DNA of 64,000 nucleotides from positions 416,001-480,000 of the forward strand of contig CAVVMW010000014.1 in the NCBI GenBank assembly GCA_963749495.1, given 5' to 3'. A program made the position numbers and the translations under genes. This document shows positions 10,901 through 22,258 of the stretch, in pieces. This DNA is from an uncultured bacterium. Its GTDB lineage: Bacteria > Verrucomicrobiota > Verrucomicrobiia > Limisphaerales > UBA8199. The notes under the pieces were generated by a model. The model ran no database searches, was not told the origin of the DNA, and was given only the letters and a program-made list of their open reading frames with translations. Position 1 is the first letter of the stretch; each line of letters starts with the position of its first letter.

Positions 10901-13900
10901 CGTCAAGACCATCTGGTTTAACGGCATGGAATATCCCGTGAGGTGGAGCGGTGTTGCCACTTGGGTGGTGGCAGTGCCCTTGCAGCCCGGCGCCAACCAG
11001 TTCAGCCTGGTCGGAGTGGACCTCCAGAACCAGCCTGTGCCCGGCGCCACGGGCACCATCTCCCAGGTCTATAGCGCGACCTTGCCGTCGCCGGCAGGAC
11101 AAGTGGTGATCAACGAAATCATGTACGACCCCCTCGTGCCCGGCGCGGAATACGTCGAGCTCTATAATAATGCTGCCAATATCACTTTTGATCTGTCGGG
11201 CTGGGAGTTTAACGGGCTGGGATACACCTTCCCGGCCGGGTCGTTGATTTACCCGGGCAGTTATTTGGTCCTGACCGCCGACCCGTCGGCGTTCGCCGAG
11301 GCCTACGGGGGAGACATCGCCGTGTTTGATACGTACCCGGGCGCGCTCCAGAACAACGGAGAAACCCTCTCGCTGATAAAACCCGGGGCCAACGGCGCCG
11401 CTGACCTGGTCGTGACACGGGTGCGCTATCAGGCAGTCGCGCCGTGGCCGACGGGGGCCAGTGGCACCGGCAGCTCGCTGCAGTTGATTGATCCCCATCA
11501 GGACAACTGGCGCGCAGGCAATTGGGCCGTGGTGGCCGGCGCGGGCACCAACACCGCTCCCCCGCCCCAGTGGACTTACGTCACGGCAACCGGCACCGCC
11601 AGCAGTTCCATGATCTACATTTACATGGATTCCCCAGGGGACGTTCGCGTGGATGACTTGATGCTGGTCGCAGGCAGCGTGGCCGGAGCGGGGAACAATT
11701 ACGTCCAGGACAGCGGTTTTGAATCCGCGCTGAGCGGACCCTGGACGGTGTCTTCCAATCTCTCGGGTTCAGCGCTCGACAGCCTTGTCAAGCATTCTGG
11801 CAACAGCAGTCTTCACGTGGTTTCCTCCGCGGCGGGCACTACCCAGGGTTCTTCCATCTGGCAGGCCAACCTGGGCCTGACGCAAAATGCGACCTACACG
11901 TTGAGCTACTGGTACCTGCCCAGCACGAACGGCAACCATCTCGTCATTCGTCTCTCCGGCAGTGGCATCTCCAGCACCGTCAGCGTCGCCCCGCCCTCGT
12001 CGTCAGGGCCGCTGGCCGTCGCCACGCCCGGGGCCGCCAACTCAGTTGCTGCCAGTCTGACCCCCTTTCAGCCACTGTGGATCAATGAACTGCAGGCGCA
12101 GAATCTAACCGGCCCTACCAACAGCGCCGGCCAGCACACGCCCTGGCTCGAGCTCTACAACCCCACGACAAATTCGGTTTCTCTGAGCGGCCTCTACCTG
12201 GCCAACAATTACACCAACCTCACCCAATGGGCATTCCCGGCTTCGGCCGTCATCAACCCCGGCGAATTCAAGCTTATCTTTGCCGACGGCCAGGCTAATC
12301 TCTCCACGTTAAGCGAGCTGCACACCAGCTTCGCGCTCTCTGCAGTGTCGGGAAGCTTGGCGTTAACCCGCCTGGCCAACGCTCAACTCCAGGTCCTGGA
12401 CTACGTTGACTACGCCAACCTCCTGCCTGATTACTCCTATGGGTCCTTCCCCGACGGGCAGAGCTTCTACCGCCGGCAGTTCGTGAACGTAACCCCCCGC
12501 GGTACCAACGACGCTACGACCATTCCTTCGTTCATCCCTTATAATGCCTCCGGCGCGGTCTATGCGCAGGATTTCAACTCGCTGCCCGCCCCGGGGTCAA
12601 CATCTGTCAACTCGGGCAATCCAGTCACGATTAACGGGGTGACTTACTCACTTGCGGACCCATTCGATTGCGCGTTCCCGCCCTCGGCCAGCGGTGGGAG
12701 CGGAGGGTTGGGCTTGGAGGCGCTCTCTGGCTGGCATGGCTGGGGGGCCTTGACCTCGAAACTCGGGGCCACTGACGGCGACCAGACCACAGGCGGCGTA
12801 ATCAGTTTCGGCCCGCCCGGGGGCACGAACCGTGCCCTGGGGTTGCTGGCAACCAGTAGCACCGGCGCCACCGCCTTTGGCGCCAGATTGATCAACCTGA
12901 CTGGCTCCACCCTCAATTACGTGACCATTCAGTTCACCGGCGAACTCTGGCGACAATCGGACAAAGCCAAGACCCTGACATTCTGCTATTTGATTGATCC
13001 CTCCGGAACCCAGCCGTTCTCGACTAATTACACCGCCTTTGTGCCGGCCTTGAATGTGAGTTTTCCGGCAATTCCAGAGGACGTGGGCGGTATAGCGGTG
13101 GACGGGACGTCCCCTCTCAATCAGACGAACCTGGGGGTCGTCAACCTGCCGATTACCAACTGGCCGCCCGCCGCAGCACTCTGGCTCGTGTGGGAAATGA
13201 GCGATTCGTCGGGCAAGGCGCAGGGATTGGCTATCGATAACCTAAGCTTCTCCGCGGGCGCCGGGAATTTGCCTCCGATTCTCGCGCCGATCCCCAACCA
13301 GAACGTTTACGCCAACACACTCTTGACATTCACCGCCAGTGCCACTGAACCTGATCCTCCTCCTGAAACCTTAACCTTTAGCCTGGGTTCGGGCGCGCCG
13401 GCTGGCGCAAGCATCACCTCCGGCGGGCTGTTCACGTGGACGCCGACGGCGGCGCAGGCCCCTGGGACGTACACACTATCGGTGATTGTGACGGACAGCG
13501 GGGTGCCGCCACTGTCAGCGACCACCAATTTCAACGTGGTCGTGTATCGGCCCAACACGGCGCCGGTGATCGCCGCGATTGCCGACAAGACCGTTTATGC
13601 CAACACGCCGCTGAGCTTCACCGTCAGCGCAACGGACACCGACCAACCGCCGCAAACCTTGACTTTCAGCCTCGGCGCCAGTGCGCCGGCTGGCGCGAGC
13701 ATCACCTCTGGTGGACTATTCACCTGGACGCCGACGGCGGCGCAGGCCCCTGGGACGTACACACTATCGGTGATTGTGACGGACAGCGGGGTGCCGCCAC
13801 TGTCAGCGACCACCAATTTCAACGTGGTCGTGTATCAGCCCAACACGGCGCCGGTGATCGCCGCGATTGCCGACAAGACCGTTTATGCCAACACGCCGCT

Positions 13901-15788
13901 GAGCTTCACCGTCAGCGCGACGGACACCGACCAACCGCCGCAAACCTTGACTTTCAGCCTCGGCGCCAGTGCGCCGGCTGGCGCGAGCATCACCTCTGGT
14001 GGACTATTCACCTGGACGCCGACGGCGGCACAGGCCCCTGGCACGTACACGCTATCGGTGATTGTGACCGACAGCGGGGCGCCGGCAATGTCAGCGACCA
14101 CCAATTTCAACGTGATCGTGTACCCGCCCAATACGGCGCCGGTGATCAACACAATTGCCGACAAGACCGTTTATGCCAACACGCTGCTGAGCTTCACCGT
14201 CAGCGCAACAGACACCGACCAACCTCCCCAGACGTTGACCTTTAACCTGGGTTCGGGTGCGCCCCCAGGTGCGAGCATCACCACCAACGGCTTGTTCACC
14301 TGGACGCCGACGGCGGCGGAAGCCCCCGGCACGTACACGCTATCGGTGATTGTGACCGACAGCGGGGTGCCGGCAATGTCAGCGACCACCAATTTCAACG
14401 TGATCGTGTACCCGCCCAATACGGCGCCGGTGATCAACGCAATTGCCGACAAGACCGTCTATGCCAATACGCTTCTGAGCTTTACGGTGAGCGCTACAGA
14501 CACGGACCAACCGACCCAGACGCTGACCTTCAGCCTGGGTTCGGGTGCGCCGGCTGGCGCGAGCCTCACCCCTGGCGGCCTGTTCACCTGGACGCCGACG
14601 GCGTCGGAGGCCCCTGGCACGTACACGCTATCGGTGATTGTAACGGACAGCGGGGTGCCGGCAATGGCGGCGACCAACAGTTTCAAGGTGGTCGTGTACC
14701 AGCCCAACACGGCGCCGGTGATCGGCTCGATTGCCGAGCAGACCGTTTATGCCAACACGCTGCTGAGCTTCACCGTCAGCGCAACAGACACCGACCAACC
14801 TCCCCAGACGTTGACCTTTAACCTGGGTTCGGGTGCGCCCCCAGGCGCGAGCCTCACCCCTGGCGGCCTGTTCACCTGGACGCCGACGGCGGCGGAAGCC
14901 CCCGGCACGTACACGCTATCGGTGATTGTAACGGACAGCGGGGTGCCGGCAATGTCAGCGACCACCAATTTCAACGTGATCGTGTACCCGCCCAATACGG
15001 CGCCGGTGATCAACGCAATTGCCGACAAGACCGTCTATGCCAATACGCTTCTGAGCTTTACGGTGAGCGCTACAGACACGGACCAACCGCCCCAGACGCT
15101 GACCTTCAGCCTCGGTTCGGGTGCGCCGGCTGGCGCGAGCCTCACCCCTGGCGGCCTGTTCACCTGGACGCCGACGGCGTCGGAGGCCCCTGGCACGTAC
15201 GCGCTATCGGTGATTGTAACGGACAGCGGGGTGCCGGCAATGGCGGCGACCAACAGTTTCAAGGTGGTCGTGTACCAGCCCAACACGGCGCCGGTGATCG
15301 GCTCGATTGCCGAGCAGACCGCTTATGCCAACACGCTCCTGAGCTTCACCGTCAGCGCGACGGACACCGACCAACCGCCCCAGACGCTGACCTTCAGCCT
15401 CGGTTCGGGTCCGCCGGCTGGCGCGAGCATCACCTCCGGCGGCCTGTTCACCTGGACGCCGACCGACGCTCAGACCCCCAGCACCAACATCATCACTGTG
15501 ACCGTCACTGACAATGGAGTGCCGCCGCTAAGCGACACGAATACTTTCGACGTAATCGTCACGGGGGCGATGCGGATCACAGCCTTCAACCGCTCCGGTA
15601 ACTCCTTCACCTTGACTTGGAATTCACAAGCGGGACAGACCTATCGCGTGTCATACAAGAACAGCCTGACTCAGACGCTCTGGCAGCAATTTGGCCAGGA
15701 TATCGTGGCCGCGGGACCCACCACGTCGGTAACCGACACGATTCAATCAGGGTCGCCAGTGTTCTATCGCGTGGAGTTGGTCAGATGA
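4927..15788 (+). CDS. Giant secreted multidomain protein: ConA-like, PA14, Ig, several lamin-tail domains, CotH kinase-like domain, 8 Ig/cadherin-like repeats (one frameshift at ~7323)
   Basis: ORFs 4693..7338 and 7362..15788 join if one C is added to the C-run at ~7323 (GPCSRLTPIVISEIMY). Repeated VINE(I/L)MY...EYIELYN lamin-tail motifs; PA14-like YYGQRLRAFVVPP..SDD; CotH-like WDSFFTQNQWNMYCY...WTALKWDWN. Start codon uncertain. Confidence 0.85.
13266..15567 (+). repeat. Eight tandem 288-bp (96 aa) intragenic Ig/cadherin-like repeats
   Basis: Units NTAPVI..IADKTVYANT.LSFTVSATDTDQPPQTLTF.LG..AP.GASI/LT..GLFTWTPT...APGTY.LSVIVTDSG, near-identical at DNA level. Confidence 0.95.
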
Positions 15789-16234
15789 TTGATTGAGCGA
15801 TTCGAGGCTGCTAGGCGGCAACAATGTCCGCCCTCTCACAACAGGCTCCTAACACCTGGTTGCCGCGCGCCATCGCATGATAAACCGCCCGAGGGTACTG
15901 GATGCGAACCGGTCTTGGCACGGTGCTGTCAGCCTACATCCAACCACCGGCTCCTGTCAATCCCAATATTGTCACTTTTCTAGGACTGGTGTGGGTTCCG
16001 CGACGGGGCGAACCATGCTATGGGCTGACCCCATTCCGCCATTCCGTGGGTAAAAAGGACCGGGAAATCGAATTTTCGCAGTCGATCCATAACGCCAGAC
16101 TTATCGGTCGGCATAGGTCGGTTTGGTGTGTGTCGCTGTTTTCAGGAATCCGACTTCTTCTGTTGCGGTGTCATCCAATTTGCAGCACATTAGGCGTGGC
16201 GACCAGAGTGGGCCAGACCTTTCCGACGCCGTGA

Positions 16235-17545
16235 TCAACTCCCTGGCCGCCCCTTTTTTCTCGGGTCCTTCGGCCCGGAAGACCGCAGGCTTTTCGCCCC
16301 TCCGGCCATCATTTCAAACCGGGCTCGGTCTTGCTCAACGAACCGGCTCAGTTGTTCCGGGGTGGGCAGGCCAACGAGGTAACGGGAGACAAAAAGCTGG
16401 TTGTCCATGCCCGCAGTAGCGAATTCGACCTTGGTTTGGTCCTTGTCGCTGCAGAGAATAATCCCGACGGGCGGGTTGTCACCCGGACCCATAATGCGGT
16501 CCTTGAAATAATTCACGTAATAGTTCATTTGACCGGCATCACCATGGCGGAAGGCGCGAACCTTCAGGTCCAGCAGGACGTGGCAGCGCAGGAGCCGGTG
16601 GTAAAAGACCAGGTTGAGGTAGTCGTGGTCATTGCCTATCGTGATGCGATATTGACGGGCCTCGAAACAAAAACCCGTGCCGAGTTCAAGCAGGAAGGTT
16701 TGGAGATCGTCGAGCAGGGCTTTTTCGAGATCGCTTTCGTGGTATTCGGGGCGGTCCGCCAGGCCGGTGAATTCCAGTACATACGGATCACGGATGAGGT
16801 CCTCGATCACTTGCTCAGGTTCCTGGCGGTGGGCGCGGGCAACGACGGTCTTCTTATGTCGAGAGAGGCCGGTGCGCTCATACAGGAGCGAACCGATCTG
16901 CCGCTGCAATTGGCGCTTGGACCAATCGCCCTTAAGGCATTCGTTTTCGTAGAACGCGCGTTTGAGAGGATCGTCAAGGCGGATGAGTTCGAGGATGTGT
17001 GTCCACGAAAAACGCAAAACCGCCTCCGGAGACAGCGGCGTTACCCCCGCGCATTGGCCAACAGGGGATTGGCCAATTCCGTAACCGGTGGTTACGGAAT
17101 TAGCGGTTTGGTGGGCGCCAAGTGGCGCGGACAATTTAGCAGCCCCCGGGTGCGGGAGATCCCCACGCGAGGGGGGCGGCGAAATCCTCACCGCTGGTGC
17201 GGATTCCTGCGCGGCGAATACCGGCAAAAGCGGACCCAATTCCGTAACCAGTGGTGACGGAATTCTGGCGCCAAGTTGCGGGTAGGCCAGATAGAATCGG
17301 CGGGTACGTTCCAGCATCGAGATTCCCAACCCTTTAACTCCGCGCTTTCTCAGATCGTTTGCCAGCGTTTTCAGAAGCCCTTCACCATACCTCGCCCGAT
17401 CCTCTCCCTCCTGTTCGAATTCTACGAGGTAAGCTCCCACGAGCCAGTTGCGAATGACGAGGGCTTGGTTGACCGCGGCGGCCGCACGACCAAGCAACTG
17501 CCGGCTGGCCGAATCAATCGCCGTGATTAGCTCTGAGTATTTCAT
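16235..17545 (-). CDS. YhcG/DUF1016 PDDEXK nuclease-domain protein
   Basis: AAVNQALVIRNWLVGAYLVEFEQ..DRARYG, FSWTHILEL, FYENE...WSKRQLQRQI, DPYVLEF, FLLELGTGFCFEARQ, LDLK, GQMNYY, PPVGIILC; start at MKYSEL. Confidence 0.92.
   Translation of the reverse strand: MKYSELITAIDSASRQLLGRAAAAVNQALVIRNWLVGAYLVEFEQEGEDRARYGEGLLKTLANDLRKRGVKGLGISMLERTRRFYLAYPQLGARIPSPLVTELGPLLPVFAAQESAPAVRISPPPSRGDLPHPGAAKLSAPLGAHQTANSVTTGYGIGQSPVGQCAGVTPLSPEAVLRFSWTHILELIRLDDPLKRAFYENECLKGDWSKRQLQRQIGSLLYERTGLSRHKKTVVARAHRQEPEQVIEDLIRDPYVLEFTGLADRPEYHESDLEKALLDDLQTFLLELGTGFCFEARQYRITIGNDHDYLNLVFYHRLLRCHVLLDLKVRAFRHGDAGQMNYYVNYFKDRIMGPGDNPPVGIILCSDKDQTKVEFATAGMDNQLFVSRYLVGLPTPEQLSRFVEQDRARFEMMAGGAKSLRSSGPKDPRKKGRPGS
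17075..17264. repeat. Cluster of related 23-27 bp palindromes inside the yhcG-like linker
   Basis: AATTCCGTAACC-GGT-GGTTACGGAATT (17075-17101), AATCCTCACC-GCT-GGTGCGGATT (17183-17205), AATTCCGTAACC-AGT-GGTGACGGAATT (17238-17264). Confidence 0.8.
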
Positions 17546-17915
17546 GGTTCCTTGGGCCCAGGGAGCAGATGATCTGCAGCTCGCGTTGGATTTTCTCGAA
17601 GATGCGGGGCACTGGGGGTCAGAGAGAATCGAGTGGTTCCATGGGTGACAAGTCAGCCGGAGGACAGCGCCGGCTGGACACACGGCGCCCGACAACTGAA
17701 AAAGATGAACCGAGAGCAAATCATAACTTGCCTCTACCCCACGAGCTTGTTACTTGGGCGATAATGCCGCACGAGCCGGGAAAATGCACGAGAAAACTTG
17801 TGGTCTCAGGGTGGGCGGGCGCAACGCGGCACTGGCCCCGGAATGCGCCGGTCCCCAGAGGCAAGCGGGCCACGAAGGGGCGGACGGCTTTTCTTTTTGA
17901 GCCTCGGCAAGGAGA

Positions 17916-20108
17916 TCACAGTTTTTCGGCCATGACCGTCTTGACCTCGCTGCCGAGGCGGACTTTGACTTGGCTGGGATGGGGGGAGGCGATGCGGTAG
18001 GCGGTGACTTTGCCCTCCTTCCATTGGATGTCCACGGTGAAGCCGCCGCGGGCGCGCAGGCCGGTCACTTTGCCCGCGGGCCATGCCTTGGGCAGGGCCG
18101 GCAGGAGTTGGATTTCGCCGGTGTGACTTTGCAGGAGCATTTCGCAGACGCCGGCGGTGTAGCCGAAGTTACCGTCTATTTGGAAGGGCGGGTGGGCGTC
18201 GAAGAGATTCGCATAAAGGCCGCCGCCTTCGCTGTAGTTGACGCGCGTGTCGCCGACGAGGCGCACGAGATTGCCGATAAGTTTATAGGCGCGGTCGCCA
18301 TCGTGCAACCGAGCCCAGAGGTTGATTTTCCAGGCGGTGCTCCAGCCGGTGCTGAGGTCGCCGCGCGCGTTGAGCGAAACCCGGGCGGCCTGCGCCAGTG
18401 CGGGCGTCGTCGAGGGCGTGATCTGGCGGCCGGGATGCACGGCGACCAGATGGGAGAGGTGGCGATGCGTATCCTTTGGGTCGTCCCGATCCACCATCCA
18501 TTCCTGCAACTGGCCCCACTTGCCGACCTTGGGGCCGAGAAGTTTATCCCGCTTGGCGGCGAGGTTGTCGCGGAATCCGCGGTCAATGCCCAGCGCGTCG
18601 GCGGCCTCGACGGTGTTGTTGAAGACATCCCAGATGAGCTGCTGGTCGTGCGAGACGCCATCTTCGCGCGGGCCGTGTTCGGGCGAGTAACCGTTGGGCG
18701 CGACGAGCCTGCCATCGGGCAGCGCCTTGAGGCGGTCGAGCCAGAATTCACAGACCTCCTTCATCATCGGGTAGGCGAGGTTGCGCAGGTACTCTTTGTC
18801 CCCGGTGAAGGCGTAATGATCCCAGATATTCTGCATGCACCAGGCGCTGCCGGATTCGACCCATTCCCAGGTCGAGCCGCCGAAAATGCCGTTCTCAGCG
18901 CGCATGGTCCAGCCGCGCGTGTGGAAGGCCTCGCGGGTGGCTGCCTTGCGGACCTCACGGATGGAGTTCAACCACATGGCATAGGGCAGGAAGCATTCAC
19001 CGAGATTGGCCTGGTCGGCCATCCAGTAGTTCATCTGCACATTGACGTCCGTGTGGAAATCGCACCGCCACGGCGGCCGCCGGGAGTTGTTCCACAGGCC
19101 CTGCAGGTTGGCGGGCAAGGCCTCGCGCGAGGACGCGATCATCAGGTAGCGGCCATACCGGAAGACCAGGGCCTCCAAGCGCGGGTCGCGCGCGCCCTGG
19201 GAGCATTTCAGCAGACGCTGGTCGGTGGGCGCTCCGGCATCGGGCCAAGCGACCGAGGTTCCGAGGTCCAGCGTCACACGATCGAAAAGCCCCTGATGGT
19301 CCGCCACGTGCGCCGCGAGCAAGGCCGGGAAAGGCCTCTCGGCCGCCGCCTTCAACTGCGCGGTGATGCGCCCGTGCGGGTGCTCCCCGCGCCAACCCCG
19401 GCGGCGCTGGTTGAGGAAATCGGTCCCGGCATCCAGGAGGATCGTCAGGCTGTCCGCGCCCTCGAAGCGAATGACGCCACCCGAGGCCTTGACGGAACCG
19501 CCCTGGTTGAGCACGAGCACTTGCGCCTCGTAATCCAAGGCGACGGCATAATTGGGGCCTTGGTCCTCATACTTGTAGCCGGCCAGCGAACCGGTTGAGA
19601 TCAGGCGGTTTCCTTCGGCAACGACCTTTCCTTGGTGCAAGTCCGTGAGCAGAACCGAACCCGTGTGCGCGCCGGGCTTGTCGGCCGTGAACCGCAACAC
19701 GATCACGTTGGCGGGGTGGCTGGCGAAACACTCGCGCCGGTAATTCACGCCATCCTTATTGTAAGTGACGGTGTGGACTGCCCGGCCAATGTCCAGTTCG
19801 CGCCGATAAGCCGTGCCGGTCGCAATGCCATCCGGGCCAAAATCGATGAACACGTCTCCGAAACCCTGGTATGCACCCGTGTCGCTTTCGTCGCCGATCC
19901 AGAGGCCGGATTCATTGAACTGGATTTGCTCGCGCTGGACGCCCCCGAAGATCATGCCCCCAAGCCGGCCGTTGCCGATAGGGAGCGCCTCCGTTTCCCA
20001 ATGCGTCGCGGGTTTGTCATACCAGAGTTTCAACTCGGTTCCGGCGGCCCGGTCCTGCAAGGCCAGCGCCCAGATAACGGCCGCCGACAGCACTATGTGG
20101 TGTTTCAT
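17916..20108 (-). CDS. Glycoside hydrolase family 95 (alpha-L-fucosidase-like)
   Basis: [78 protein letters not shown]; signal peptide. Confidence 0.93.
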   Translation of the reverse strand: MKHHIVLSAAVIWALALQDRAAGTELKLWYDKPATHWETEALPIGNGRLGGMIFGGVQREQIQFNESGLWIGDESDTGAYQGFGDVFIDFGPDGIATGTAYRRELDIGRAVHTVTYNKDGVNYRRECFASHPANVIVLRFTADKPGAHTGSVLLTDLHQGKVVAEGNRLISTGSLAGYKYEDQGPNYAVALDYEAQVLVLNQGGSVKASGGVIRFEGADSLTILLDAGTDFLNQRRRGWRGEHPHGRITAQLKAAAERPFPALLAAHVADHQGLFDRVTLDLGTSVAWPDAGAPTDQRLLKCSQGARDPRLEALVFRYGRYLMIASSREALPANLQGLWNNSRRPPWRCDFHTDVNVQMNYWMADQANLGECFLPYAMWLNSIREVRKAATREAFHTRGWTMRAENGIFGGSTWEWVESGSAWCMQNIWDHYAFTGDKEYLRNLAYPMMKEVCEFWLDRLKALPDGRLVAPNGYSPEHGPREDGVSHDQQLIWDVFNNTVEAADALGIDRGFRDNLAAKRDKLLGPKVGKWGQLQEWMVDRDDPKDTHRHLSHLVAVHPGRQITPSTTPALAQAARVSLNARGDLSTGWSTAWKINLWARLHDGDRAYKLIGNLVRLVGDTRVNYSEGGGLYANLFDAHPPFQIDGNFGYTAGVCEMLLQSHTGEIQLLPALPKAWPAGKVTGLRARGGFTVDIQWKEGKVTAYRIASPHPSQVKVRLGSEVKTVMAEKL

Positions 20109-20122
20109 GGGTTCACTTTCGC

Positions 20123-22243
20123 TTACCGTTGAATCGCGATGCGCGCGAAGCGGGGCTCGACATGGCCATCAACAGGGCCTTCCAGCCGCAGCGTGATCAG
20201 CGAGGTCCCATCGCCGTTGTCACTCGAACTGATGGGGCTGAAGTTCGCGGGGTCGCTGCTCCAGGCCCGCAAGTCCACGGAAACCTGCGGGACGTATTGG
20301 ACGTCCGCGGGCGGGTTTCTTTGGAGGTATTGAAGATAGAGATAACTGTGCCCGGTCTGGGCCGCGAGCCAGGCGCGCGGGAGAGGCGGATGCTCGGCGA
20401 CGCGCGGGTTCAGATTGAAGGCGTATTCCACCAGGTTTGGGATGCCGTCGTGGTCAGGGTCCGCCCCATCGCCGCTGATGTCCGGATTGGCGAGTTCGGC
20501 CGGCGAAAAGAAGCGCGCCTCCCAAATCTCGTAAGGACCGGCGGCGGCCAGCACATAAGGAGTTGCGGCCAGGGCCACCTGGTTGGTGTCCTCGTGAGCA
20601 GGAGTGGCGCTATCCTCGGCCCGGATGGCGAAGAGGCAGGCGACACCGTTGGTCAGGCCGGTGATAGTGTATTCATAGGGATAAGTGCCGGGGCCGGAGC
20701 CGGCCGCGTAGTTGGCGGGCATGGAGGGTCTCACGTGGGCCAGTTTCACGGCAGAGACGAAATCCATCACCGATTGCGTGGTGTAATAGAGGTTGTAACG
20801 GACCGGTCCGGTCTGGTCGCGGGCGACGTCCCACCGCACGGTGACGCTACGGTTGCCCGGGACCACTTGTTGCACGCCTACGCGCGGGGCCGGGGGGAGG
20901 CCGGATTGCGCGGCCGTGCTGTCCCACACCGGGGGCTGGGTATCGGCGTTAGTGGCGAGCCAACTGCTGGCGCCGGTGTTGAAGGCGGCGTCCAGCCAGG
21001 GGTTGGTGCGGTAGAGAAGCCATCCCTGCTCGCCCATGCTCTCGGCATAGGACTGGGCGATGGTGGCCGGCGGCAGGGGCGGCGTGTGGTCGTAATCGAG
21101 GGCGAGCATGACAAAACCGTCGGGCCGTCCCGCCTCGGCGTTGAGCTTGGGCGCATAGTTGTATTTGTTGTCCGGAAAGGAGGGCGAGATGTTGTTCGAG
21201 TTGTTGCTGTCGGTGAAGTAGCTTTCGAACATGACCAAATTGACCCAGGGGCGCAATGTATAGGCGTAGGTCTTGAGGTTTGGGTTATAGAAGAACAACC
21301 CGCGGTTGCCGAGGATGAGCTTGCCGGGGTAATTGGTGCTGATGCGCTGGACCAGGCCCTGCATTCCCGGGGCAGTCCATTCGTAACTGGTGGCGCCGAA
21401 ACTGTTCGGCGCCGCGGTGTCCAGGGTGTCGAGGAAGACCCCATCGCAATTGTAGCCGTTGCCCACTTGGGCGGTGAGCAGTTCGGCCAGGCCGGCCTGG
21501 CCGTTGCCCGAGCGGGTCATGTTCCGGATCACGGTCCACCAGGCCGGCGCGCCCGCATTGACGAAATATCCCCCGAAGGCGGCGTTCCGGTCGGGCAGGC
21601 CGTCGGGGCTGCTTTTTGTGTCCAGGTAATAGGAGGCGTAACCGCTGCCGCCGGGAGAGGGCGAGCCGAGGGCGTTAGTAATGCTCGAAAGGGGCGCCGT
21701 GTCCGCGGGCCGGGGATCGATGCGCGGCCCCTGGAGATCCCCGGTGAAGGGCGCGCCGGGCCGGTCGTCTTCCCCAATCGAGAGATAACCCAGGACCAGC
21801 ACGTCGTCGGCGGTCCCGGGGAGGTTGTCGAGCCCGCGTTGAATGGTGGCTATCTGGGCCGCAGTCAGATTGCTCAGCGGATGGAAGATGACCAGCCGAT
21901 AGTGAGTGCGAGCGAATTCTACCTGGTCGGCCGTCCAATCGCCGTAATAGATGAGATAGGGGGTAGCCGTATTAAGGGCCGGCCGCGGGTTGCGCCCGGC
22001 AAGGGCGCTGCTCCCGAAGAGCAGCAAAATGACCGCTCCGACGCAGTTGACGACAAGGGTTCGATTGGAGATCGCCCATTGGGACCATGAGCCGGACAAG
22101 TGTCCGTGCCGCGCGGAGCGTTTTGGACTGCGGCAGTCCTCTGCCGCTTTTGGGACCCCTGGAGACGTGAAAGCGCCAGAGGACTGGCGCAGTCCAAAAC
22201 CTGGCGGGCTTCGGAAATTCATGGAGAGGGGCTGTCCCTGCAT
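20123..22243 (-). CDS. Secreted GH114/PelA-hydrolase-like TIM-barrel protein with FN3 domain and Asp-rich C-terminal module
   Basis: [34 protein letters not shown] motifs; FN3-like VTVRWD...[28 protein letters not shown] tail. Start uncertain. Confidence 0.7.
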   Translation of the reverse strand: MQGQPLSMNFRSPPGFGLRQSSGAFTSPGVPKAAEDCRSPKRSARHGHLSGSWSQWAISNRTLVVNCVGAVILLLFGSSALAGRNPRPALNTATPYLIYYGDWTADQVEFARTHYRLVIFHPLSNLTAAQIATIQRGLDNLPGTADDVLVLGYLSIGEDDRPGAPFTGDLQGPRIDPRPADTAPLSSITNALGSPSPGGSGYASYYLDTKSSPDGLPDRNAAFGGYFVNAGAPAWWTVIRNMTRSGNGQAGLAELLTAQVGNGYNCDGVFLDTLDTAAPNSFGATSYEWTAPGMQGLVQRISTNYPGKLILGNRGLFFYNPNLKTYAYTLRPWVNLVMFESYFTDSNNSNNISPSFPDNKYNYAPKLNAEAGRPDGFVMLALDYDHTPPLPPATIAQSYAESMGEQGWLLYRTNPWLDAAFNTGASSWLATNADTQPPVWDSTAAQSGLPPAPRVGVQQVVPGNRSVTVRWDVARDQTGPVRYNLYYTTQSVMDFVSAVKLAHVRPSMPANYAAGSGPGTYPYEYTITGLTNGVACLFAIRAEDSATPAHEDTNQVALAATPYVLAAAGPYEIWEARFFSPAELANPDISGDGADPDHDGIPNLVEYAFNLNPRVAEHPPLPRAWLAAQTGHSYLYLQYLQRNPPADVQYVPQVSVDLRAWSSDPANFSPISSSDNGDGTSLITLRLEGPVDGHVEPRFARIAIQR
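22120..22200. repeat. Inverted pair of REP-like palindromes
   Basis: GTTTTGGACTGCGGCAGTCCTCTGCCGCTTT (22120-22150) and inverted AAAGCGCCAGAGGACTGGCGCAGTCCAAAAC (22170-22200). Confidence 0.85.
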
Positions 22244-22258
22244 AGTGTATCGGCCTGA

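Noticed and set aside
13266..15567. CRISPR array or DGR-like repeats
   Set aside because: Units are contiguous, in-frame 288-bp coding repeats with no unique spacers; no cas or reverse transcriptase gene is present.
17970..22090. Long antisense ORFs (17970..19598, 20129..22090) and similar ones elsewhere
   Set aside because: They are shadows of GC-rich genes on the opposite strand and have no recognisable motifs.
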